Shown: piece after piece, positions 26,660-32,000 of the stretch
Numbering within the stretch: the first letter of the stretch is position 1
Layout of the letters: the number at the start of each line of letters is the position of its first letter
Assembly: GCA_014730275.1 (NCBI GenBank)
Contig: WJIL01000134.1
Coordinates: 1 to 32,000 of the forward strand
Direction of reading: 5' to 3'
DNA: 32,000 bases
Origin: Promethearchaeota archaeon
Lineage (GTDB): Archaea > Asgardarchaeota > Thorarchaeia > Thorarchaeales > Thorarchaeaceae
Made by a program: the position numbers and the translations under genes
Notes under the pieces: model-generated
Seen by the model: the letters and a program-made list of their open reading frames with translations, nothing else
What the model was told of the DNA's origin: nothing
Database searches by the model: none

Positions 26660-26830
26660 ATGGCTAGAAGTGCTGGAGATTATTACAAAGTAGATAAGGA
26701 CGGAAACGTTGAGCGGGATAAGAGAACCTGCCCTCGTTGTGAAAAAGGCACGTTCATGGCAGAACACTATGACAGATACTCATGTGGACGTTGCGGATAT
26801 ACTGAATTCAAGCGAGATAAGAACGACTGA
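26660..26830 (+). CDS. rps27ae: Ribosomal protein S27ae (eS31), 56 aa
   Basis: Absent from the ORF track, whose shortest listed ORF is 60 aa. My translation is [56 protein letters not shown], with a CxxC...CxxC zinc ribbon. GGAGG lies upstream of the start. The position after S24e is conserved. Confidence 0.88.
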   Translation: MARSAGDYYKVDKDGNVERDKRTCPRCEKGTFMAEHYDRYSCGRCGYTEFKRDKND

Positions 26831-26918
26831 TCGTGCGTAACTCCCAGACAATCACCATCATCATTTGCTGATTCATTTTCGATGTAACCAAGTCCTGTGT
26901 TTTTCAAATCAACGTCGT

Positions 26919-27188
26919 CTATTCTCCAATGATGGCCATAATCCAGCGGACAGAGAGAAGAACTGCAACCACAGCAGCCAAAGTGAAGTCTGCCAATAAA
27001 ATACCGGGCATTATCACTTCAAGCGATGCAGCACATATTAGACTGATTGGAAAGGATATGATGAACGGAAGAGTTGCAATGGTCAATGATACCTCTTCAC
27101 TTGCTACCATTCCGTAGACTAAACTCAATATCCAGACTACATACACTGCTGCAAGTATAGAAAATTCGGCAATCATATCCTCATCCAC
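26919..27188 (-). CDS. Small hypothetical membrane protein (about 3 TM helices)
   Basis: 89-aa ORF that is strongly hydrophobic throughout. I recognise no family. Confidence 0.5.
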   Translation of the reverse strand: MDEDMIAEFSILAAVYVVWILSLVYGMVASEEVSLTIATLPFIISFPISLICAASLEVIMPGILLADFTLAAVVAVLLSVRWIMAIIGE

Positions 27189-27345
27189 ATTGCGATTTTA
27201 TGTCGAAAGGCCTCAGAAGATAATCAAAACGCTACCTTTTGAAGCACACGTTTGAATGTGAAAGAAGCAATGATTAAATCAGTACCTTCAGACAGTATTC
27301 TACGAAAACCCTTGAATCAACACTAGCAATCGAATAAATCAGCAC

Positions 27346-27452
27346 AGTAGGTTGGGGAAATCTGGTCTATCCCACGGGCACATATATTGCGATGGCCATG
27401 TTTGCCATCCATGGGACACCCCGAAATCGGACGTTCAAATCGTCCACGGAAC
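27346..27452 (+). pseudogene. Degenerate tandem copy of the intron-containing tRNA-iMet gene (the acceptor stem cannot pair)
   Basis: It aligns along its length with 27513-27619. The D-arm (GGGA..TCCC) and T-arm (GGACG-TTCAAAT-CGTCC) are intact. However, the 5' acceptor AGTAGGT cannot pair with the 3' ACGGAAC, and the anticodon stem and loop are disrupted (CGGGC / CCCCG, no U33). Confidence 0.6.
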
Positions 27453-27512
27453 CGGTCATTTGTCTTTACGAAAACCCTTAAATCAACACTGAGTAATCGA
27501 GTAAATCAGTAT

Positions 27513-27623
27513 AGCGGGTTGGGGAAGCCTGGCCTATCCCGCGGGGCTCATATGGCGATGACCACATGAGTCACGCATGGGGAAACCCCGAAACCGGACG
27601 TTCAAATCGTCCACCCGCTACCA
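27513..27623 (+). tRNA. Initiator tRNA-Met (CAT) with a 32-nt canonical-position intron (27553-27584) and an encoded CCA
   Basis: Hand-folded cloverleaf: acceptor AGCGGGT / ACCCGCT with A1-U72, D-stem GGGA / TCCC, and anticodon stem CGGGG / CCCCG carrying three G-C pairs next to the loop. The loop is CTCATA with the intron after position 37. The T-arm is GGACG-TTCAAAT-CGTCC, with discriminator A and CCA. Confidence 0.88.
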
Positions 27624-27779
27624 ATTTCTTATCAGCAATACGTGTAAATGGAAGGAAATAGAGCAAGTAATTGGTTACATTCTACCATTATCAATTCGTA
27701 TTTTGTGAACAAAAAGTGAAGAGTGGATGCACCGACCCAATCTTAAGACCGACTCGAGAGGCTAGTGGAAAAAGACAGC

Positions 27780-28232
27780 CTAGAGACTTGCGACTTGGGG
27801 TCCTGAGATATCGTCTCTGGAAAGTATTTCTAACCAATCGATGTTCTGGGGGTACTCAAAATCGGGTAGGCCGCGGCAACGGCCAATCCACCGCCAACAG
27901 GGAGCGCCATCAACCATTTCTAGTCGATAGAGGTTTGCAGTTCTAGCATCAAACCGAACCTCGAGGAGTGTTCCTTCTTCGAAAGTATCAATATCTGCTA
28001 TTTGCAGAATTGGCTCGCCGGAGGAGGAATCAAAGCAGTTCCTGGACAGGTAATAACGTATGAATCCTCCACTTACTGGATCCTTTGCCAGAATTGCAAC
28101 ATGCGGCTTGTTGATGGGTTTCCATCGCCTAGGAAGGGCGGGCCGTCGTACTAGAACGCGATTGACGAGCTTATCTGGTTGCGTTGACACCGACGACTGC
28201 ATGTACATCCACTCTAAGTAGAAAATGTGCAT
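27780..28232 (-). CDS. Hypothetical 150-aa protein, no recognisable motif
   Basis: ORF on the track. It is locally GC-richer than its surroundings and lies immediately downstream of the tRNA gene pair. Confidence 0.45.
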   Translation of the reverse strand: MHIFYLEWMYMQSSVSTQPDKLVNRVLVRRPALPRRWKPINKPHVAILAKDPVSGGFIRYYLSRNCFDSSSGEPILQIADIDTFEEGTLLEVRFDARTANLYRLEMVDGAPCWRWIGRCRGLPDFEYPQNIDWLEILSRDDISGPQVASL

Positions 28233-28419
28233 CTATAGTATATAAGACGGCGTAGTATGAGGGGGGTACCCCTAGAAGACCTACAGAGAGCTTCTAAGGC
28301 CCTTTTTCCAATAGAATTCATCTAGTTCTGGGATACGATCAGATTATGATGTACCAATGGGAACTCTAAATCAAATATATCTTAACAAACGGACAACAGA
28401 TTCGTCGGGCTAATTGGTA

Positions 28420-28728
28420 TCAATCTTCGTTGTTGGGTAGACCGATAACAAGTGGACGACCTTCAAAAATGGCTTGTGTAACTTTTTGCCGTGCACTAGA
28501 AAGAAGACGCCATATGGTGCCCCTCGATACACCCATGCTGGCTCCCGCCTCTTCCTGATACTTCCCTTCCAAATCTACAAGCCGTAGTGCCTCAGCCTCA
28601 GCCAAATTAAGATGAATTGGTTCCTTCTTGACTTCAGGCTCAGGTACCATCCGGTCTATTGCAGGTTCTACCTGGATATCAGGTTGAATAGGAAGTCGTC
28701 CTCTTCGCCCGCGTCTTCTCCTGTGCAT
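28420..28728 (-). CDS. DUF134 (UPF0251) family putative DNA-binding protein
   Basis: The Arg-rich N-terminus MHRRRRGRRGRLP is followed by LNLAEAEALRLVDLEGKYQEEAGASMGVSRGTIWRLLSSARQKV, a sigma70-region-4-like HTH typical of DUF134. I prefer the ATG at 28728. Confidence 0.8.
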   Translation of the reverse strand: MHRRRRGRRGRLPIQPDIQVEPAIDRMVPEPEVKKEPIHLNLAEAEALRLVDLEGKYQEEAGASMGVSRGTIWRLLSSARQKVTQAIFEGRPLVIGLPNNED

Positions 28729-28800
28729 GTCAATCAGAACCAATTCTTCGTTCTCTTTTAATAAGAGTGATGTATGGGAACAACATCTTTTTATCTGTAA

Positions 28801-28828
28801 TTATGCACAATAATAACAGTGTGCATAA
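28801..28828. promoter_or_regulatory. 9-bp perfect inverted repeat TTATGCACA-N10-TGTGCATAA in the divergent DUF134 / DUF5320 intergenic region
   Basis: Read directly from the sequence (28801-28809 and 28820-28828). A 9-bp inverted repeat alone is not statistically strong in AT-rich DNA. Confidence 0.3.
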
Positions 28829-28848
28829 GCACAGAAATAATTTAGGAG

Positions 28849-29199
28849 ATGAAAGAAATGTCATATTACTATGGAAGAGGCGGTGGCCGGGGTCGTGGCC
28901 GGGGCGGTGGCCGCGGTGGAGGCTTTTGGCCAGGTAATGGTCCATTTAGTCACTTGCCACCCTGGGAAAGACCGGGATGGCTATATGGTCCCGGGTCATG
29001 TTGGGCACTTGGATACTGGGGAAACCCCCCAATAGCACCAACAACACCGCCCACCGATGTAGCACCTACTCCGCCCATAGCACCACAGACAGAGTTGCAG
29101 GCATTGGAGCGGCAAAAAGAAATCATGAAGCAACAAATCAAATCTCTTGAAGAGTCTCTAAACAGAATCGAAGAAAGACTCGGAGAACTAGAAGACTAA
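28849..29199 (+). CDS. DUF5320-like small protein: RGG-rich N-terminus, Pro-rich middle, C-terminal coiled coil
   Basis: YYYGRGGGRGRGRGGGRGGGFWPGNGPF is followed by ELQALERQKEIMKQQIKSLEESLNRIEERLGELED. This architecture and the genomic context next to DUF134 / MinD-ferredoxin / NifX-like genes match DUF5320 (assignment from memory). Confidence 0.7.
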   Translation: MKEMSYYYGRGGGRGRGRGGGRGGGFWPGNGPFSHLPPWERPGWLYGPGSCWALGYWGNPPIAPTTPPTDVAPTPPIAPQTELQALERQKEIMKQQIKSLEESLNRIEERLGELED

Positions 29200-29249
29200 G
29201 CAGATGGAGGGGTAGCGTCCCCCATCTTTACCCCTATTTCTAATCGGTT

Positions 29250-30116
29250 TTACTCAGAGAGAAGAGTACCGATTCGATCCCACATCTGTGTCAATATGTC
29301 TACAAGCTCATGGTTTGGAGCATATTCAGGCAGTGTAGTTGCATCGACCATTGATTTCGTTGTTATTGGGTCGAATGGAATCTTACCCAGCAATTCAATG
29401 CCCTCACTCTTACAGAATGCTTCAATCTGTGCAGTATTCTTCGGATTCAAGTCATACTTGTTGACAATTACAGCAGGAATAGTTTGGAAACGACGAATAA
29501 GTCGAATCACCCGTTCCATATCATGAATTCCTGAAATAGTTGGCTCCGTTACAACGACAGCCACCTCTACACCAGTGAGTGTGGCAATAACTGGACAACC
29601 AATACCAGGAGAACCATCAATTAGGATTTTATCAGCACCTGTTTCTTCAGCGATCTTCTGGGCACGCTTTTTCACTTCAGTTACCAGTAGCCCTGAATTT
29701 CCTTCACCCGGCAACAACTTCGCGTGCACCATTCGGCCTAACCGAGTGTTGGATTCATACAGATGGCCCGATATTCGTGGTTTCATATCGATGGCATCTT
29801 CAGGACAGACCAGCGTACAAACGCTACAACCTTCACAGGCAATAGGGTTAATTTCAGGGGGATGAGCCGCATCAAAACGGCAGTTTTCTTCGCACAAACC
29901 ACATTCAATACAAAGGTCCGGATTTATTTTAGCCACTTTGGATGCTTGGAATTTCTCTGATATCTCAATTTCCGGCTGGAGAAGAATATGCATATCAGGA
30001 GCGTCAACATCGCAGTCTACAATGACAATGTCTTTTGCAATAGCCGCGAAAGACGAGGCTACAGTTGTTTTTCCAGATCCCCCTTTTCCAGATACTACTG
30101 CCACTTTATTCGTCAT
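29250..30116 (-). CDS. MinD/ParA-family P-loop ATPase with an inserted 2x[4Fe-4S] ferredoxin domain
   Basis: The deviant Walker A is SGKGGSGKTT. The cluster motifs are CIECGLCEENC and CEGCSVCTLVCP. Confidence 0.9.
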   Translation of the reverse strand: MTNKVAVVSGKGGSGKTTVASSFAAIAKDIVIVDCDVDAPDMHILLQPEIEISEKFQASKVAKINPDLCIECGLCEENCRFDAAHPPEINPIACEGCSVCTLVCPEDAIDMKPRISGHLYESNTRLGRMVHAKLLPGEGNSGLLVTEVKKRAQKIAEETGADKILIDGSPGIGCPVIATLTGVEVAVVVTEPTISGIHDMERVIRLIRRFQTIPAVIVNKYDLNPKNTAQIEAFCKSEGIELLGKIPFDPITTKSMVDATTLPEYAPNHELVDILTQMWDRIGTLLSE

Positions 30117-30948
30117 TGTTTACAGCCTCCTCGATTGTCCTCATCATCTTCTTGAATTTGTTCTCCCAATTATCGAGTTCTAATGCAAATGGTCTACCCT
30201 CTGAATACAATTCAGCAATTTCTCGGTCAAACGGAATTCTCATCAGAATTGGTATAGATCTCTTCTTGCAGAAATCACGAACATCCTCGTTACCAATACC
30301 ATCTCGATTGATTACAACACCAAATGGGATATGAAGCTCTTCAACCACGCCTACTGCCATCTCCAAATCATGAAGACCAAAAGGTGTCGGTTCAGTTACT
30401 AGAATCAAGTAGTCACTATGCTCCATTGTCTCTATTACGGGACATGCAGTCCCCGGCGGTGCGTCGACTATATTCAATCCATCAGAATCCTGACGGGACT
30501 TTACTGCCTTTATTATGGTCGTAGCAATTGGCTCTCCGATATTCAGTTCACCATAGACTAAATCCAATCCATCTGCTGTACATGTATGTAGCATGCCGAC
30601 TTCCCGAGGAACTTCGGTGATTGCCTGCTCTGGACAAACTATAGAACACCCACCACAGGAGTGACACATTTCTTCGTAAACCAACACTTCATCCTTACCA
30701 ACAAAGAGAGCGTTGAATTCACAGAAATCTGCACAGTTACCACACAGTGTACAAGCATCAGCATCCACCACGGGGTGTGGTGATGTTACCGGCGTTGATT
30801 CCTTGATTTCTGTCTCAAGTAGTGTATGAGCATTGGGTTCTTCAACGTCGCAGTCCAAAAGCTTCGACGCGTTTACTGATAGAGCAAGGTTAACGGCTAC
30901 AGTTGTTTTGCCCGTTCCACCTTTTCCACTAGCCACAGTAACAATCAT
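30106..30948 (-). CDS. MinD/ParA-family P-loop ATPase with an inserted 2x[4Fe-4S] ferredoxin domain (paralog)
   Basis: The Walker A is SGKGGTGKTT, with CTLCGNCADFC and CHSCGGCSIVCP. It overlaps the downstream paralog by 11 nt. Confidence 0.9.
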   Translation of the reverse strand: MIVTVASGKGGTGKTTVAVNLALSVNASKLLDCDVEEPNAHTLLETEIKESTPVTSPHPVVDADACTLCGNCADFCEFNALFVGKDEVLVYEEMCHSCGGCSIVCPEQAITEVPREVGMLHTCTADGLDLVYGELNIGEPIATTIIKAVKSRQDSDGLNIVDAPPGTACPVIETMEHSDYLILVTEPTPFGLHDLEMAVGVVEELHIPFGVVINRDGIGNEDVRDFCKKRSIPILMRIPFDREIAELYSEGRPFALELDNWENKFKKMMRTIEEAVNNDE

Positions 30949-30985
30949 GGCTACGTAACCACCTGCACTTGTTCAAATAAGCAAT

Positions 30986-31354
30986 CTATGCGTGACGTGC
31001 CTGGTCACATCCATCCGTTAGCTCTTGTAAATCGCCGTCAATGTAAGACTGGACCACCTGATCCACGTCTCTACTGTTTGCCTGCAGAACTGCAATATTT
31101 TGGCTTTGAAAACTTCTCAAACCTCGTGGGCCCATTCCCTGGACGATAATCACATTTGGTTGCAGGGTAAGAACATTATCATGTGCGTGACCTCTACCAC
31201 CAGCATGTTCACCACGATTGGCATGAACATCTTTGTCCATGATGTTGCCGTCTTCATCGATGTCCACTGTGGCGAAGTATGGTGCCCGTCCGAAATGTGC
31301 AGCCACTACGTTGCCATCCTGATCTTGTGAAGGAATCAGTATTCTACGATTCAT
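30986..31354 (-). CDS. NifX/NifB-C-terminal-like (dinitrogenase Fe-Mo cofactor biosynthesis domain) protein
   Basis: HFGRAPYFATVDID and VIIVQGMGPRGLRSFQSQNIAV are typical of the family. I prefer the ATG at 31354, 1 nt after the upstream stop, over the track start at 31408. Confidence 0.8.
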   Translation of the reverse strand: MNRRILIPSQDQDGNVVAAHFGRAPYFATVDIDEDGNIMDKDVHANRGEHAGGRGHAHDNVLTLQPNVIIVQGMGPRGLRSFQSQNIAVLQANSRDVDQVVQSYIDGDLQELTDGCDQARHA

Positions 31355-31355
31355 C

Positions 31356-31769
31356 TTATCTACCTCTTCCACCGCGGCCACCCCCACCGCCTCGGCGCCT
31401 GCCTGCACCCAGACCTCTGTGAGCGGGACCCGGTGATTGTATCTCAGTTAATTCGTCTCCTTTGAAAGCTTCTATTGCGTCATTGACAGTACCAGAGGCC
31501 CCGGTAAGAATCCGAATCCCTGAACTTTGTAATGCAGAGTGAGCATTAGGTCCAACGGCTCCAGTTATTACAACCTCTGCGCCCTTTGATGCAACAGTCT
31601 GTGCTGCTTGTATTCCTGCACCACCAGTTGCAGAGGCAGCTCGGTTCTTAACTGCGTTCACGTCCATCGAATCGGTATCAACAATAATGAAGTAAGTACA
31701 GCGGCCAAACCGTGGATCGATTGGAGATTGAAGGTTGTCGTCAGATGCGGTGACACACACTTTTGTCAT
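31356..31769 (-). CDS. NifX/NifB-C-terminal-like protein with a C-terminal RGG-rich tail
   Basis: RFGRCTYFIIVDTD and VVITGAVGPNAHSALQSSGIRIL are family-typical. The tail is GLGAGRRRGGGGGRGGRGR. Confidence 0.8.
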   Translation of the reverse strand: MTKVCVTASDDNLQSPIDPRFGRCTYFIIVDTDSMDVNAVKNRAASATGGAGIQAAQTVASKGAEVVITGAVGPNAHSALQSSGIRILTGASGTVNDAIEAFKGDELTEIQSPGPAHRGLGAGRRRGGGGGRGGRGR

Positions 31770-31945
31770 TTTTAGTCCTCTTGAAAAATGTTAGATTGTT
31801 CTATATGGGTGGTATTCTGCTGATTCATAAAAAACAATCGGAAGGAACATAACAAGTTCCACCATTCCATAAATCGTGGATTATAGTCCGCATCAAACAA
31901 CCGTTTCTTGTATCTTGATAGAAAGCAACAAGGAGATGTGCTCAA

Positions 31946-32000
31946 GTGGCATTCAGAATTGGCATCGTTGGAAAACCCTCATGCGGTAAGACATCGTTTA
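31946..32000 (+). CDS. 5' fragment of a P-loop GTPase (YchF/Obg/DRG-like), truncated by the window edge
   Basis: A GTG start follows an in-frame TAG at 31919, with AGGAG 10 nt upstream. The translation is (M)AFRIGIVGKPSCGKTSF, a Walker A context typical of Obg-like GTPases. Only 18 codons are visible. Confidence 0.5.
   Translation, partial: MAFRIGIVGKPSCGKTSF

Noticed and set aside
29250-31769. Nitrogen-fixation (nif) locus
   Set aside because: Only NifX-fold and MinD/NifH-like-superfamily P-loop proteins are present. There are no nifH/D/K/E/N or radical-SAM NifB core genes, so the cluster is the nif-unrelated DUF134-associated neighbourhood.

Overview
This is an archaeal chromosomal window. 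About 24 kb (roughly 8.1-32 kb) is ordinary, lower-GC housekeeping sequence. It holds a stand-alone 5S rRNA, two tandem methionine aminopeptidases, archaeal DnaG, a Lon-like AAA+ ATPase and Pelota. It also holds a radical-SAM protein, a PP-loop tRNA thiolase, an M50 protease and the conserved block S6e / aIF2-gamma / PIN / Rpo7 / Spt4 / S24e / S27ae. Further right are an intron-containing initiator tRNA-Met and a DUF134 / DUF5320 / MinD-ferredoxin x2 / NifX-like x2 cluster.

The left ~8 kb is visibly GC-richer: hand-counted 60-nt lines gave about 58-60% GC, against about 33-55% in sampled host lines. It contains two notable items:
- A near-complete TnpB (IS200/IS605-type RNA-guided nuclease) on the minus strand. 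It is missing from the supplied ORF track because its frame runs off the window edge.
- A translationally coupled two-gene module: a 224-aa ORF followed by a 1649-aa ORF. The only domain I can recognise in the giant protein is a RecB/Cas4-like PD-(D/E)xK nuclease core.

This orphan module is my best candidate for an undescribed system, either defence-related or carried by a mobile element.

Other features I read by hand that the ORF track lacks:
- S27ae (56 aa).
- A partial P-loop GTPase at the right edge.
- The 5S rRNA.
- The tRNA and its degenerate tandem copy.

All domain calls rest on by-eye motif recognition. No searches were run.
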